Positions 46,245 through 59,263 of a stretch of DNA of 64,000 bases are shown piece by piece. The position numbers and the translations under genes were made by a program. Source of the DNA: an uncultured Hormoscilla sp. (lineage in GTDB: Bacteria; Cyanobacteriota; Cyanobacteriia; Cyanobacteriales; Desertifilaceae); NCBI GenBank assembly GCA_963921275.4, contig OZ001293.3, positions 2,496,001 through 2,560,000 of the forward strand, in the 5' to 3' direction. The number at the start of each line of letters is the position of its first letter. Position 1 is the stretch's first letter. The notes beneath the pieces were generated by a model. It was not told the origin of the DNA. It made no database searches and saw nothing but the letters and a program-made list of their open reading frames with translations.

Positions 46245-46593
46245 GGACCTGCTATACTTTCAAAGGGATCGACTTGAGCTTAAGGTCGAAGAATCTGTCA
46301 TTGCGAGGGGGGGATCCCAAAACCGCAACTGTGGTCAGCACCACAGGGAGACTCCCCCCTCGGAACGCGCAGCAGCTCCATCGTGGGTAAGCAGGAGCGC
46401 TCTTCATCTCCTGCTCAGCGTGCGGAGATTGCTTCGCTAGCGCTCGCAACGCTGCGCGTTCCGGGGGGTGTTACTCCTAAAGAACTTGGATATCGTTATT
46501 TAGCTCCCCCCTCGCTCCGGAGATATTGGCTGCATTCGCTCAGCGCAGTTCCTGACCCTTCGTAGTATATCTGCTGTAGACTGCTTGCCAGTC

Positions 46594-46712
46594 GCTGTGT
46601 CTCCCGGTGCTGAGTCTCCTGGTGCTGCATCTCCTGGTCGCTCGATGTTCCCCGGGAGCGCTAACCGCACAAAAGGAGGGACATCGTAGTCGCACTACCC
46701 GAGAGACACAGC
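46594..46712 (-). repeat. Nested hairpin-repeat cluster abutting the 3' end of intron D
   Basis: Reverse complement GCTGTGTCTCTCGGGTAGTGCGACTACGATGTC. Confidence 0.75.
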
Positions 46713-46718
46713 AGCGTA

Positions 46719-47722
46719 AGTCGGGGTCGAGCCTATTGTCGCCTCCCGACCCTCCCTTTCGGAACCGTGCATGCGACTGGAGCCGCACACGGCTACTGGG
46801 TAGATAGCCCTTGTCATGGGTAGAATTACTCAGGATTACTCCCTTTGTTCCTTTCCTCATGCAATGGAACCCCTTATGGTTAGTCTCAGACTAGATAAAT
46901 GCCTAACTCCGGAAGGTTCGCGGGGGATAACAGTACCAACCCATATAAACCGCTCTTTACTAACATTTACCTAATTTACTAGGTTCTCCAAGTTTTACCC
47001 GGTTAGGTCTTTAGTCCAAAATTAACTACCTAGGATTTCTCCTGGTCTAGAACATTTAAGGCTACTTTCACCCAAAGATTCTATCTATCACCGACCCACG
47101 TCAGCATATCCATAGGAATTACCCGGCGTCTTCCGCATGCTCTTGTCCTGAAGGACACGGCTGGCGCCGCGCTGCCGCGAACGGCTGGCGCTCCCGCAAG
47201 GGATACGGCATGCTCCAGACACCGCCCAGGCATTAGCTTCTTGGGCCATCTCTCCCCTCGTGGCTTGCGCTTTACATCTAACTTGTCCATATGAGGACAG
47301 CTCACGAGAGGTTACTTCGTTCCCTGATATCATTTCACGATACCTTTAGGCCCCTACTTTCCTCCGGTAGTTATCCGAGTACGATGTTAGCCAAAGTACA
47401 AAACTAACACTAACTACATTGACTTTTGTCTCCGGCGCATAAAGCCTTATTTCGCCGGTTCCCATTTACGAAGTTTACATAGGTTCGCTTATTCTAACCT
47501 TGGGCATCTAACAAGCGCGGAGTCACCGGTTTAGGCTACCAGCTATCCTACATTTGAGTCCTCGCTTAGCACCACGGCGATGTGGCTCCGCAGCACCTCC
47601 GACCGGTGTCACCCCCGTACTTGAAGGGAGGGAATTTAACAATAATGATAATCAGAGTTATCTGGCTAATGGAACCAGACCCGACTTTCACCATTACTGG
47701 CTTATGTCAGAACGAATCGCAC
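46719..47722 (-). mobile_element. ORF-less group II intron D
   Basis: 5' GTGCGATTCG; D5 AGCCGTGTGCGGCTCCAGTCGCATGCACGGTT; D6 CCCCGAC(T); EBS1 GTACTT pairs with exon GAGTAC. Confidence 0.88.
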
Positions 47723-47773
47723 GTACTCTTATAGGCTAGCATTTCTGCTGCCGAGAAGATCGGGTGAGGAATA

Positions 47774-47995
47774 ATGAGACCACCAGAAGACGAGAATTTT
47801 TCCCGTTCAGTGCATGGCTGTTTCGGACTGCTAGCCCAATACCTGGTTATTGCTGCGGTGCTTTTTTTTGCCGTGCTGTTTGGAGTGCCCTATTTTTTCC
47901 GGACAACATTTAGTACCCTATTATTCATCTGGATCTTGCTGATGTTCTTTGTCTCCCTGCTATTTTTGCTGAGACTGACTGAAGAGCGGGATTAA
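47774..47995 (+). CDS. Small two-TM hypothetical protein
   Basis: SD GAGGA; two hydrophobic segments. Confidence 0.45.
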   Translation: MRPPEDENFSRSVHGCFGLLAQYLVIAAVLFFAVLFGVPYFFRTTFSTLLFIWILLMFFVSLLFLLRLTEERD

Positions 47996-48029
47996 AAAGC
48001 TGCTAAAATAAATCTGTAGTGCTAGCTTA

Positions 48030-48420
48030 GAGAACTCCATAAAAAAGATGATCCAATGGTCAAGTTGGTTTACCCGTGATTTCCACAAACCACAAGGCGC
48101 AAATTCGGAAGTCTATAATACTGTTTTTCCAACTCTGCCATTGCCTGCTTTGTCAGTTTCACTCCGGTCTGGTAAACTTTGTCAATCAGCAGGACGACTG
48201 GTTGTTTCCCTTTGAAAGTCAGGGTAGAAGCCAAGTTTAGCACTGTTTCTACACAGGAAAGTCAACTCCCATTCCAGTGCTGTTCTAACCAACCAAAGGT
48301 ACGCTCTACTGGATTGTACTTGCTGTGATACGGGGGATAGTAGGCTAACTGGAGGTTTAGTTGAGACTGATGGGCAAAAGCTGGTAAGGAGAGAATTTAG
48401 AAACCAGGTAACTTCGGCGA
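48030..48420 (-). pseudogene. ISAzo13-family transposase C-terminal fragment
   Basis: PYHSKYNPVERTFGWLEQHWNG in a frame not shown by the ORF track. Confidence 0.7.
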
Positions 48421-48588
48421 AACCTGGTTTATGGGCATATTTTAGTTCACAGGGCACCTCTAAAAATACAGGTATTATTGAGAATACCAACGAAATTAGG
48501 TGGTTTCAAGCTTTGAATATTCGCAATAAGGCAATTAATCGAGGTGCCCCACAATTAAAATAGGATTGCTATAGCTTATGTCATAACT

Positions 48589-48858
48589 TTACCTGTTGAT
48601 ATCGTTGAGTCTTTGCGTTACCAATCTAAGAATATCCACGATCTCCCCTTGGCGGCGATCGAGATTCTCTAATACCCGATAAATGCGAGACTGGTTTTGA
48701 GTGGAATCTGCCATTAAGCTATAGAGTTGGGCCCGATCGCGCTGGTACTCCTGGTGGGATGCTGCTACCCCTGCTCGCAACTCTTGAACTGACTTTGTCA
48801 GCGCTTGGATGGCCTGAAGGTTCGATGAGGCGATCGCTTTTAGCTCTTCGTCTGTCAC
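48589..48858 (-). CDS. Small coiled-coil hypothetical protein
   Basis: SD GAGG; heptad pattern. Confidence 0.65.
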   Translation of the reverse strand: MTDEELKAIASSNLQAIQALTKSVQELRAGVAASHQEYQRDRAQLYSLMADSTQNQSRIYRVLENLDRRQGEIVDILRLVTQRLNDINR

Positions 48859-49103
48859 ACCTCTTGTTAGTGCTACTATCGAGCCTGGTAACTATATTAT
48901 ACACCCGGTTTCTGATATCCCTGACCAATGTCCGCTCTTGCGATCGCCGGTGGCCCCTCCAGAGCGTGGCCATAAACCGGGTTGAAGTAGGGGTTGGTGG
49001 GCGGGGTGCCCACTAAACAGAACCTCCTATTCACCGGTGGCGATGCCCGTAGCTTGACCGATGTCCGAGAGGCGATCGCCACCAGTATTATGCTCTAATT
49101 TTG

Positions 49104-49814
49104 TCAGAATCCATCGTAAGCATAAGCCGTCTTAGTCGTAGCATTAAAATTTATCCATCCCACCTGCTTTTGTAAAGCTTGAAACAAATTATTTGCCCCC
49201 GCTACCACAGGAACCGGAAACTGTTCTAATTTATCCTTTTCATTAATACCATTTTTTAAGATATCATAATCAAAGGAAAACTCCCCAACCAAGGGAATTT
49301 CATGGGATTCACCCAATAAATACCAAAAACTTAAACCCGCTTTGACTATTGGTTCTTCCTCAAACTTCAACTTAGCAACTTTGCGGAATATTTCGCGAGA
49401 TTTAAATCCATTAACTATTTCAACTTCCATCCCCTCGTCAAATGGCATCTTCTTTAAACCTGGAAACAGATTTGCTACTTTTTTCAAATCGCTGAGATCG
49501 GGAAGTTTATCTTCATAAACAGATGTTGAATGAGAAAATTTACTGGTGAACTGCGGGATTATATCTTCTTCAAATTTAGTTTTCGTTTTCCCTTCTGCTG
49601 ATGTAGACGCATTTGTATCGAGATACCAAGTCTTACTAGTTTCCTCATGCTTCTGTTTGTTCTGTTTGTCGTCAACCTCACCGCCTTGCTTTTTTACTAA
49701 AAACTCGACTAGATTCCAAAACGCCTTCGATCCTTCTTCTCGATCTTGAAAGCGATCGACTTGGAGCATTAATTTGTATTCTCGCGACGTAATCGGTTGG
49801 TTCGATTGATTCAC
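49104..49814 (-). CDS. Hypothetical protein (CYTH-like N-terminal motifs), possibly internally deleted
   Basis: SREYKLML, WYLDT and KFEEDI; GTG start at 49814 with SD AAGGA. Confidence 0.6.
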   Translation of the reverse strand: MNQSNQPITSREYKLMLQVDRFQDREEGSKAFWNLVEFLVKKQGGEVDDKQNKQKHEETSKTWYLDTNASTSAEGKTKTKFEEDIIPQFTSKFSHSTSVYEDKLPDLSDLKKVANLFPGLKKMPFDEGMEVEIVNGFKSREIFRKVAKLKFEEEPIVKAGLSFWYLLGESHEIPLVGEFSFDYDILKNGINEKDKLEQFPVPVVAGANNLFQALQKQVGWINFNATTKTAYAYDGF

Positions 49815-49865
49815 TGTTTTTTCCTTATTTAATCTGTTATGGTCGGATAATGTGGTGCAGCTCCA

Positions 49866-50733
<868 letters not shown>

Positions 50734-50915
50734 GGCTAGAAGCATAACCCAAGTCTCTGTTATAGCAACGCGGAGCGTCCTTGTGGAATACGGGTTTGCT
50801 AAAATTATTGCTCAGCCAAGGTTTCAGCGCCGATACCCCAGAATGTTTACACCTAATATAACGTTTCTCAGATAGATGCGCTCGGATCTATGATTGATTA
50901 AGTACGGTAAATTGC

Positions 50916-51038
50916 GGGTCTCCTTGGGTTTTGGTGATAAGTTAAACTTATATGTACGCAAAATCAAGGCTTTTAGCTTTTTTTATCATTCTAAATTGTA
51001 TCCTGCGATACTATTTACACTATAAACCCAGGAGAGCC
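50916..51038. mobile_element. MITE, inverted sibling of 20370-20492
   Basis: TIRs GGGTCTCCTTGGGTT / AACCCAGGAGAGCC; TSD AAATTGC. Confidence 0.8.
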
Positions 51039-51383
51039 AAATTGCAGACCGGATTTTGGTTTCAGCGATTCTACCATAGATCGCAAGGGCAAAGAGATCT
51101 GCTAGATCGGGGATCGCTATAGCAGATCGTGAATCTGTCCCCGATGGTGGGTTTGGTCATTTGGACTGACGATCTAGTCCATGAGACGATCGCCGGTGGC
51201 CCCTCCAGAGCGTGGCCAGAAACCGGTTGAAATAGCGAGTGGTGGGCGGGGCCAGACAGAACAACCGGCAATCATTACACTGACAACCGGATGTAACAGC
51301 AGGCGCAGTCTCGGGAAATCCTACCCCGAAAGTCGCACCACCAGGGGATTTCAGAAAAAGTTGAAAAAAAATTGCCAAAACCC

Positions 51384-51412
51384 TTGACAACGGCAAAAAA
51401 AATATATACGAT
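51384..51412 (+). promoter_or_regulatory. Sigma70-type promoter of the rplC operon
   Basis: TTGACA-17 bp-TACGAT, followed by a ~310-nt leader. Confidence 0.7.
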
Positions 51413-51735
51413 GCTATATTGTCGCCAATAAACGGGAGACAGGACTCTACAGTCCTACCGGTACCCGACGCACAGCAAGGATACTGATCATTGAGAACGA
51501 TGCTTAAGTCCCGGCGCACCAAGCCACAAGCCTATAAGAGGTTGAGGCAGCGAATGTTTGGAGACGCTACCCCATAATTGGAATCGACTTGCAAGCTTGC
51601 CCTGGGGGTAAGCAGCAATAGCAGCCCTAGTGATTGCGAGATATCTTAAATTCACCACCAAGGAAGCCATAGGTAATCCCTAGGTGCTGGTCTTGGTGGA
51701 TTGAACTGTGTAAAAAAAAGGAGACTAAGGTAGTT

Positions 51736-52383
51736 GTGTCAGTAGGAATTCTGGGCACGAAACTTGGCATGACCCAATTGTTTGACATGGAAGAAGGGAT
51801 AGCTATCCCAGTAACCGTGATCCAAGCAGGGCCATGCAAAGTGACGCAAATCAAAACTAAAGAAACTGATGGCTACGTGGCGGTGCAACTCGGCTACAAA
51901 GAAGTGCTGGAGAAGCGGAGCAATAAGCCAGAGATAGGACACGTGAAAAAGGCAGGAGTTGATACGCCGCTGCGTCACCTGCGGGAGTACCGCACGGAGG
52001 GAGTCGATGGCTACGAACTAGGTCAGGAAATTAAAGTGGATATATTTGAGGCCGGTCAAGAGGTAGATGTGATCGGCACGAGTATAGGTAGGGGCTTTGC
52101 TGGCTATCAAAAACGCCATAACTTCCGGCGCGGTCCCATGTCCCACGGTTCCAAAAATCACCGTCTGCCAGGATCGACCGGTGCGGGAACGACTCCAGGT
52201 CGGATATATCCGGGTAAGAGGATGGCAGGACGCAAAGGGGGCGATCGCATCACGATCAAGAAGTTGAAGGTAGTGCGAGCGGATGCAGAACGGGGGTTAC
52301 TGGTGGTCTCGGGGTCAGTGCCCGGTAAACCAGGAACATTGCTGAATATTGTCCCAGCGAAGCTAGTAGGCAAGAAAAAGTAG
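51736..52383 (+). CDS. rplC: 50S ribosomal protein L3
   Basis: GTKLGMTQ and GPMSHGS motifs. Confidence 0.98.
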   Translation: MSVGILGTKLGMTQLFDMEEGIAIPVTVIQAGPCKVTQIKTKETDGYVAVQLGYKEVLEKRSNKPEIGHVKKAGVDTPLRHLREYRTEGVDGYELGQEIKVDIFEAGQEVDVIGTSIGRGFAGYQKRHNFRRGPMSHGSKNHRLPGSTGAGTTPGRIYPGKRMAGRKGGDRITIKKLKVVRADAERGLLVVSGSVPGKPGTLLNIVPAKLVGKKK

Positions 52384-52392
52384 AGGCAGAAA

Positions 52393-53025
52393 ATGGTTAG
52401 TTGTGTAGTCCGAAACTGGGAAGGACAAGAAGTAGGGCAGGAAAATCTAGAATTACGGGTTGCGAAAGAAGAAAATGCAGCTCACATAGTCCACCGGGCC
52501 TTGGTAAGGCAAGTGAATAATGGCCGCCAGGGGACCGCGAGCACGAAAACTCGCGCGGAAGTCAGAGGTGGCGGACGCAAACCTTGGCGTCAAAAGGGCA
52601 CGGGCAGAGCGCGGGCCGGTTCGATCCGATCGCCCCTATGGCGGGGAGGCGGGGTAATATTTGGACCCAAACCCAGAAGCTATGAAACGAAGATGAACCG
52701 CAAAGAGCGGCGTCTGGCCCTGCGGACGGCATATATGAGCCGAGTCGAAGACTTAATTGTAGTAGAAGAGTTCGCCGATCAATTTCCTCAACCAAAGACC
52801 AAAGAATTGGTAGGGGCGATCGCCCGTTGGGGAGTAGAACCAGGAGCGAAAGTGCTATTGATATTGCCAGAGAAATCAGAAATGGTATATCTGTCGGCCA
52901 GGAATATAGCTTGGGTGCGGCTGATCGAGGCAAATCAATTGAATGTCTATGACGTGCTGAATGCCGATAAAATTGTAGTGACCAAAGCAGCCTTGGCAAA
53001 AATTCAGGAGTTGTACGGTGAGTAG
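52393..53025 (+). CDS. rplD: 50S ribosomal protein L4
   Basis: [14 protein letters not shown] motif. Confidence 0.98.
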   Translation: MVSCVVRNWEGQEVGQENLELRVAKEENAAHIVHRALVRQVNNGRQGTASTKTRAEVRGGGRKPWRQKGTGRARAGSIRSPLWRGGGVIFGPKPRSYETKMNRKERRLALRTAYMSRVEDLIVVEEFADQFPQPKTKELVGAIARWGVEPGAKVLLILPEKSEMVYLSARNIAWVRLIEANQLNVYDVLNADKIVVTKAALAKIQELYGE

Positions 53026-53320
53026 AAGAGACCCAAACGCCCTACCAGATTTAATCAGACGTCCGATCGTCACGGAAAAAGCAACGCGGCTGTTAGAAGA
53101 GAATAAATACACTTTTGAGGTGGACAAGCGGGCCACCAAGCCGGAGATCAAAGCGGCGATCGAAGATTTGTTCGAGGTAAAAGTGGTCAAGGTAAATACC
53201 TTAATCAAACCCCGGAGAAAAAAGAGAGTCGGGAAATTCGTGGGATCTAAAGCCCAATACAAACGGGCAATTGTTACCCTGGCAGAAGAAAATGAAATAG
53301 TCCTGTTCCCAGAAGTATAG
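53018..53320 (+). CDS. rplW: 50S ribosomal protein L23
   Basis: PIVTEKA and KRAIVTL; gene order. Confidence 0.97.
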   Translation: MSRRDPNALPDLIRRPIVTEKATRLLEENKYTFEVDKRATKPEIKAAIEDLFEVKVVKVNTLIKPRRKKRVGKFVGSKAQYKRAIVTLAEENEIVLFPEV

Positions 53321-53373
53321 TTAGCGAGGGAGACAGGGGAGATGCCCGGACAGAGCAACTGAGGAGAAAAAAA

Positions 53374-54237
53374 ATGCCAGTTATAAATTATAAACCCTAT
53401 ACTCCTAGTACCCGCGAACACAGCGTATCGGATTTTGCGGAGATTACCCGCAGCGAGCCGGAAAAATCATTGACGCGATCGAAGCATCGTGCGAAAGGAA
53501 GGAATAATCGCGGGGTAATAACCTGTAGACATCGAGGGGGCGGTCACAAGCGACTGTACCGGGAAATAGATTTTAAGCGCAAGAAGCACAACATTCCGGC
53601 AAAAGTAGCAGCAATTGAATACGATCCCAACCGGAATGCCCGGATAGCCCTGCTATATTATGAGGATGGGGAAAAGCGGTATATACTGCACCCCAAAGGA
53701 TTAGAAGTGGGGACGAAGATCGTCTCGGGACCGGAGTCCCCGATCGAAGTAGGGAATGCCTTGCCCCTGGGTAACATGCCCTTGGGAACCAACGTGCATA
53801 ACGTGGAACTGAAACCCGGGCGGGGAGGGCAGATGGTGAGAGCTGCCGGTGCCACAGCCCAGGTAGTGGCAAAAGAAGGAGACTATGTGAGCGTCCGCAT
53901 GCCCTCCGGAGAAGTGCGGATGATCCGACGGGAATGCTACGCCACCATCGGACAAGTGGGTAATGTGGAAGCGAGAAATATTAGCCTGGGGAAAGCAGGT
54001 CGCACGCGCTGGAAAGGACGCCGTCCAGAAGTCAGAGGCAGCGTCATGAACCCGGTGGACCACCCCCATGGTGGTGGAGAAGGTCGGGCCCCGATCGGGA
54101 GAAGCGGTCCCATGACGCCCTGGGGGAAACCAGCTTTGGGTTACAAAACCCGCAAGAAAAAGAAACAAAGTGATGCTTTGATTGTACGCCGTCGCCGGAA
54201 ATCTTCCAAACGCGGTAGAGGTGGTCGGCAAAGTTAA
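53374..54237 (+). CDS. rplB: 50S ribosomal protein L2
   Basis: [13 protein letters not shown] motif. Confidence 0.98.
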   Translation: MPVINYKPYTPSTREHSVSDFAEITRSEPEKSLTRSKHRAKGRNNRGVITCRHRGGGHKRLYREIDFKRKKHNIPAKVAAIEYDPNRNARIALLYYEDGEKRYILHPKGLEVGTKIVSGPESPIEVGNALPLGNMPLGTNVHNVELKPGRGGQMVRAAGATAQVVAKEGDYVSVRMPSGEVRMIRRECYATIGQVGNVEARNISLGKAGRTRWKGRRPEVRGSVMNPVDHPHGGGEGRAPIGRSGPMTPWGKPALGYKTRKKKKQSDALIVRRRRKSSKRGRGGRQS

Positions 54238-54336
54238 GGGTTAATAACAGAAACCCCCGGACGGGCGTCTGGCCCGTCCGACGAATCTCCGGACAGGCGA
54301 TCGGCCGGTCCGACGTAACTAACAAAGAAAAGAAAA

Positions 54337-54615
54337 ATGTCTCGTTCATTAAAGAAAGGACCGTTCGTAGCAGATCATCTGCTGAGTAAAATAGAAAAGC
54401 TGAACGAAAAAGGCCAAAAGCAAGTGATCAAGACTTGGTCTCGGGCATCGACAATTGTGCCCCAGATGATCGGCCATACGATCGCAGTCCACAATGGCAA
54501 GCAGCACGTGCCAGTGTTTATCAGCGAGCAGATGGTAGGACATAAATTGGGAGAATTTGCCCCAACTCGCACCTTTCGCGGTCATACTAAGGGAGATAAA
54601 AAATCTCGGAGATAG
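54337..54615 (+). CDS. rpsS: 30S ribosomal protein S19
   Basis: [10 protein letters not shown] and GHKLGEF motifs. Confidence 0.98.
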   Translation: MSRSLKKGPFVADHLLSKIEKLNEKGQKQVIKTWSRASTIVPQMIGHTIAVHNGKQHVPVFISEQMVGHKLGEFAPTRTFRGHTKGDKKSRR

Positions 54616-54723
54616 CAGATAAGGTAGCAAGAAACAGGGTTGATTGTGGTAAAATGTCCAGCAGGAGTTGCTCAAATAAGAGAAACCAGGTTGATATTAG
54701 ACTAGCAAGAAGGAAAAGGGAAA

Positions 54724-55083
54724 ATGGCAATAGAGATGGAATCGGAAACAAAGGCGATCTCGAAATACATCCGCATGTCTCCCCATAAAGTGCGTCGGGT
54801 ACTAGACCAGATTAGAGGACGCTCGTACCAAGATGCGCTAATAATACTGGAGTTTATGCCCTACCGAGCCTGCGAACCGGTGCGAAAAGTAGTGATGTCG
54901 GCAGTAGCAAATGCCGAACATAATCAGGGACTAGACCGGAGGAACTTAGTGATAAGTAAAGCCTATGCAGACGGGGGACCAGCATTGAAACGCTATAGAC
55001 CCCGTGCTCAAGGAAGAGCCTACCAGATTCGCAAGCCAACCTGTCATATTACGGTAGCAGTAGCCCCGCAATTAGAAGACTAG
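54724..55083 (+). CDS. rplV: 50S ribosomal protein L22
   Basis: [10 protein letters not shown] and RPRAQGRA motifs. Confidence 0.98.
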   Translation: MAIEMESETKAISKYIRMSPHKVRRVLDQIRGRSYQDALIILEFMPYRACEPVRKVVMSAVANAEHNQGLDRRNLVISKAYADGGPALKRYRPRAQGRAYQIRKPTCHITVAVAPQLED

Positions 55084-55110
55084 AGATAAGCAAGAGTAAG
55101 AGGTTTCATA

Positions 55111-55848
55111 GTGGGACAGAAAATACATCCAATAGGGTTTCGTCTGGGGGTGACCAAAGAACACCGATCGCGGTGGTATGCTGATGCCAAGCATTATCCA
55201 GACATATTGCAAGAGGACTATAAAATTCGTCAGTACGTAGAAAAAAATCTGAGCAATGCGGGGATCTCGGAAGTACGGATAGAACGGAAAGCAGACCAAA
55301 TAGAATTGGAAGTGCGCACGGCCAGACCAGGTGTAGTGGTAGGTCGGGGAGGAGCCGGTATTGAATCCTTGCGCACGGGATTGCAGGCAGAATTGGGAAG
55401 CAGCGATCGGCAAATCCGGATTAACGTAGTAGAAGTGGCCAGAGTGGATGCCGATGCAGCACTGCTAGCAGAATATATTGCTCAACAACTAGAAAGACGG
55501 GTATCATTTCGCCGGGTAGTCCGTCAAGCTATTCAAAGGGCTCAGCGGGCTAACGTTCAGGGCATTAAAGTTCAAGTCAGTGGGAGATTAAACGGAGCAG
55601 AAATTGCACGGACGGAATGGACACGGGAAGGGAGAGTACCCCTGCATACCTTAAGAGCAGACATTGACTACGCTTACCGCCCAGCCCAGACAATCTATGG
55701 CATCCTGGGAGTGAAAATTTGGGTCTTCAAAGGGGAAATAATTCCCGGACAAGAAGAACTGCAAGCTGCGGCAACACCGCCCCCAGGTGGTCGGAGGCGA
55801 CAACCACGACGCCGTCAGCAATTTGAAGACCGTTCTAATGATGGTTAG
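55111..55848 (+). CDS. rpsC: 30S ribosomal protein S3
   Basis: [12 protein letters not shown] and [14 protein letters not shown] motifs. Confidence 0.98.
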   Translation: MGQKIHPIGFRLGVTKEHRSRWYADAKHYPDILQEDYKIRQYVEKNLSNAGISEVRIERKADQIELEVRTARPGVVVGRGGAGIESLRTGLQAELGSSDRQIRINVVEVARVDADAALLAEYIAQQLERRVSFRRVVRQAIQRAQRANVQGIKVQVSGRLNGAEIARTEWTREGRVPLHTLRADIDYAYRPAQTIYGILGVKIWVFKGEIIPGQEELQAAATPPPGGRRRQPRRRQQFEDRSNDG

Positions 55849-56338
55849 TAAGCAATTCAAAATTCAAAATTCATGCAGGGGGAAAGACATTGAGAACAAG
55901 GAACGAGGGCCAACCGTAGCAATTTAAATGCGCGACAGCTTAGTAGGACTTGTATCGCCTGTCAGTGGTGAAAAGAGTTGATAACTGACAAATCGGTCAG
56001 GGAGAGGGAAAAGGAGAGCACCCAGATGTAGATAGGAGTTTATCTTTTATCTATAATGAGCGCGATAGCTCTGATTATAAGACCGTTATAATGATGGTTA
56101 GTAGCCCTGCAGACAGGGGGATAGCCTGTCAGTGGAGAGAAGAGTTGACAATAGATAAGTAGGTGAGGGATTGGTGAGAGGGAAAAGGAGAGCACTCAGA
56201 TGTAGAGTAGAGTTTATCCCCCATCTATAATGAGCGCGAGCGCTCTCATTGGAAGCTGAAAACGGGCAGGCGAGACGCCCTACGGAAACCGGGGCAGGCG
56301 AGACGCCCACCCTACGCAAAAGAAAACGGACAAAGGTT

Positions 56339-56755
56339 ATGTTAAGTCCCAGAAGAACAAAATTCCGCAAGCAACATCGAGGTCGGATGAAGGGAATGGC
56401 CTCAAGTGGGAACAAGATTAACTTCGGCGAGTATGCTTTACAAGCACTCGAACCTCACTGGATTACATCCCGCCAAATTGAGGCAGGTCGCCGTGCTATG
56501 ACCCGTTATATCCGCCGGGGTGGGAAAATCTGGATTAGAATCTTTCCCGATAAACCAGTAACTATGCGCCCCGCAGAAACCCGGATGGGTTCTGGTAAAG
56601 GGAACCCAGAATTTTGGGTAGCAGTAGTGAAGCCCGGACGCATACTCTATGAAATCGCTGGCGTACCAGAAGCAACGGCGAGAGAGGCGATGCGCCTTGC
56701 TTCTCACAAATTGCCGATTAAAACAAAGTTCGTAGTCCGCGAAACGGAGCATTAG
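56339..56755 (+). CDS. rplP: 50S ribosomal protein L16
   Basis: [15 protein letters not shown] and RMGSGKG motifs. Confidence 0.98.
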   Translation: MLSPRRTKFRKQHRGRMKGMASSGNKINFGEYALQALEPHWITSRQIEAGRRAMTRYIRRGGKIWIRIFPDKPVTMRPAETRMGSGKGNPEFWVAVVKPGRILYEIAGVPEATAREAMRLASHKLPIKTKFVVRETEH

Positions 56756-56759
56756 TACA

Positions 56760-57065
56760 ATGGCTTTACCGAAGATTGAAGAGGCCAGAAAGCTGAGTGA
56801 TGAAGAACTGAGCGAACAGATTAAAGCCGTCAAGAAGGAACTATTTGACTTAAGGTTCAAGAAAAGTACTAATCAGTCAGAGGAAAAAACCCACCTGGTT
56901 AAACATACTAGACACTGGCAGGCTCAGCTGATGACAGTACAACGGGAAAGGGAACTGGCAGCAGCCAGGACAAAGACGCCAGAACCAGATCCCGCAGCAG
57001 CAACAGAGGTAGCAGAGGCAGAGGTAGCAAAGGCAGAGGTAGCAGAGGCAGAGGAGGCAACGTAA
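56760..57065 (+). CDS. rpmC: 50S ribosomal protein L29 with acidic C-terminal extension
   Basis: KKELFDLRF; gene order. Confidence 0.93.
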   Translation: MALPKIEEARKLSDEELSEQIKAVKKELFDLRFKKSTNQSEEKTHLVKHTRHWQAQLMTVQRERELAAARTKTPEPDPAAATEVAEAEVAKAEVAEAEEAT

Positions 57066-57071
57066 AGTAAT

Positions 57072-57467
57072 ATGCCGATTAAAGAGAGAGTGGGTGTAGT
57101 CGTCAGCGACAAGATGCAGAAAACAGTGGTGGTGGCAGTAGAAAACCGCAGCTCCCACCAGAAGTACGGCAAAATTGTCGTGCGTACTAAGCGCTATAAA
57201 GCTCATGACGAAGAGAATCAGTGCAAAGAGGGCGATCGGGTGCGGATTAGAGAAACGCGACCCCTCAGCCGCACCAAACGCTGGATGGTGAGTGAGATTC
57301 TCACCAAAGAAGCCAAGGTCAAAGATAAGAGTGCATCTGCGAGTCCAGAAGCACCTGGGAGTCCAGAAGCATCTAGTCCAGAAGCACCTAAGAGTCCAGA
57401 AGCATCTAGTCCAGAAGCACCTAAGAGTCCAGAAGCATCTAGTCCAGAAGAAGAAGCTAATAGCTAA
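57072..57467 (+). CDS. rpsQ: 30S ribosomal protein S17 with repetitive C-terminal tail
   Basis: [12 protein letters not shown] and [11 protein letters not shown] motifs. Confidence 0.97.
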   Translation: MPIKERVGVVVSDKMQKTVVVAVENRSSHQKYGKIVVRTKRYKAHDEENQCKEGDRVRIRETRPLSRTKRWMVSEILTKEAKVKDKSASASPEAPGSPEASSPEAPKSPEASSPEAPKSPEASSPEEEANS

Positions 57468-57483
57468 TTAAAAGGACAAAACC

Positions 57484-57849
57484 GTGATTCAACAAGAGTC
57501 TTACCTGAATGTAGCTGATAACAGCGGGGCACGGAAAATAATGTGCATTCGTGTCCTAGGAGGAAACCGACGCTATGCTAGCGTCGGAGATGTAATTATC
57601 TGCGTTGTCAAAGACGCCAGCCCGAATATGGCGATCAAAAAGTCAGATATAGTTAGAGCTGTGATCGTCCGTACCCGTAAGGGACTGCGTCGGGAGAGCG
57701 GTATGAGTATTCGCTTTGACGACAACGCTGCTGTGATTGTCAACCAAGACAGTAATCCCAGGGGAACCCGGGTGTTTGGGCCAGTAGCCCGAGAACTACG
57801 GGATAAGAACTATACCAAGATAGTTTCGTTAGCGCCGGAGGTGTTGTGA
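57484..57849 (+). CDS. rplN: 50S ribosomal protein L14
   Basis: VADNSGA and SLAPEVL motifs. Confidence 0.98.
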   Translation: MIQQESYLNVADNSGARKIMCIRVLGGNRRYASVGDVIICVVKDASPNMAIKKSDIVRAVIVRTRKGLRRESGMSIRFDDNAAVIVNQDSNPRGTRVFGPVARELRDKNYTKIVSLAPEVL

Positions 57850-58217
57850 TGGCCAACAAGAAGGATGCGAAAAGCGCCAACAATCGTCCCGTGCGATACA
57901 AGATGCATGTCAAGAAAGGTGACAAAGTGCAGGTAATTGCTGGCAAAGACAAAGGCAAAGTGGGAGAGGTGCTCAGAACCTTGCCAAAAGAGAGCAAGGT
58001 AGTAGTCAAGGATGTGAACAAAAAAACGAAGCATGTCAAACCGAGGCAAGAAGGGGAATCAGGTCAAATAACGATATTTGAAGGACCGATTCATAGCTCG
58101 AATGTCATGCTTTATTCAGAAAAAGAAAAGGTAGCGTCGCGGGTAGGCTACACTACCAATGAGGATGGCAAGAAGGTGAGAATACTCAAAAAGACGGGAG
58201 AAATAATTGATGATTAG
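57849..58217 (+). CDS. rplX: 50S ribosomal protein L24
   Basis: KOW motif [14 protein letters not shown]. Confidence 0.97.
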   Translation: MANKKDAKSANNRPVRYKMHVKKGDKVQVIAGKDKGKVGEVLRTLPKESKVVVKDVNKKTKHVKPRQEGESGQITIFEGPIHSSNVMLYSEKEKVASRVGYTTNEDGKKVRILKKTGEIIDD

Positions 58218-58276
58218 TCACCTGTGTCCCCCCAGTGTGGGTAGCGGGGGTACAGAGAAGTTGCAAGGGGGGGTAA

Positions 58277-58822
58277 ATGGTAGAACAACTAAAAAACCGA
58301 TACAATGAGAAGATTGTGCCCGCGCTGATGGAGAAGTTTAATTACAGCAATATCCATCAAGTGCCGAAGGTGGCAAAGGTGACCGTGAACAGAGGGTTAG
58401 GGGAGGCGTCATCAAATGCCTTAGCATTAGAAGCTTCTGTCAAGGAAATAGCCGCAATCACGGGTCAAAAGCCAGTAGTGACAAGGGCAAAAAAGGCGAT
58501 CGCGGGCTTCAAAATCCGCCAAAGAATGCCCGTAGGGGTGATGGTAACATTGCGACGAGAGCGGATGTATGCCTTTCTAGATCGGTTAATCAACCTAGCA
58601 CTGCCCAGGATCAGAGACTTTCGAGGGGTCAGTCCCAAAATCTTTGACGGACGGGGCAACTACACTCTGGGATTGAAAGAGCAGCTAATATTTCCAGAAG
58701 TAGACTACGACAGCATCGATCAAATTCGGGGCATGGACATTTCCATCATCACCACAGCAAACACCGACGAAGAGGGACGCGCCTTGCTGCGAGAAATGGG
58801 CATGCCCTTCCGGGATAAGTGA
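58277..58822 (+). CDS. rplE: 50S ribosomal protein L5
   Basis: LPRIRDFRG and FDGRGNY motifs. Confidence 0.98.
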   Translation: MVEQLKNRYNEKIVPALMEKFNYSNIHQVPKVAKVTVNRGLGEASSNALALEASVKEIAAITGQKPVVTRAKKAIAGFKIRQRMPVGVMVTLRRERMYAFLDRLINLALPRIRDFRGVSPKIFDGRGNYTLGLKEQLIFPEVDYDSIDQIRGMDISIITTANTDEEGRALLREMGMPFRDK

Positions 58823-58844
58823 GGCATTAAGAGGCAGAGGAAAA

Positions 58845-59246
58845 ATGGCGGTAAACGATACGATTGCAGATATGCTAACGCGCATTAGAAATGCTTCTCT
58901 AGCACGACATAAAACAACAAAAGTGCCAGCCACCAAAATGACGCGCAGCATTGCTAGGGTATTAAGAGAGGAAGGATTCATTGGTGAAGTTGAAGAAACG
59001 GGAGCAGGAGTTAAGCGGGATTTGGTGATAGAATTAAAATATAAGGGCAAGAACCGGACCCCAATTATCACAAAATTGAAACGGGTAAGCAGACCGGGAT
59101 TGCGGGTATACAAAAATCGCAAAGAATTGCCTCGGGTGCTGGGCGGGATTGGGATTGCGATTATATCCACATCCAGTGGGATCATGACTGACCGCGAAGC
59201 CAGACGCCAAGGAATAGGAGGCGAAGTGCTTTGCTATGTCTGGTAA
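58845..59246 (+). CDS. rpsH: 30S ribosomal protein S8
   Basis: [12 protein letters not shown] and SRPGLRVY motifs. Confidence 0.98.
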   Translation: MAVNDTIADMLTRIRNASLARHKTTKVPATKMTRSIARVLREEGFIGEVEETGAGVKRDLVIELKYKGKNRTPIITKLKRVSRPGLRVYKNRKELPRVLGGIGIAIISTSSGIMTDREARRQGIGGEVLCYVW

Positions 59247-59263
59247 GTTAGCAGAGGTTAATT

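Noticed and set aside
51420..51735. Absence of rpsJ and rpsN from the ribosomal cluster
   Set aside because: Normal cyanobacterial arrangement.
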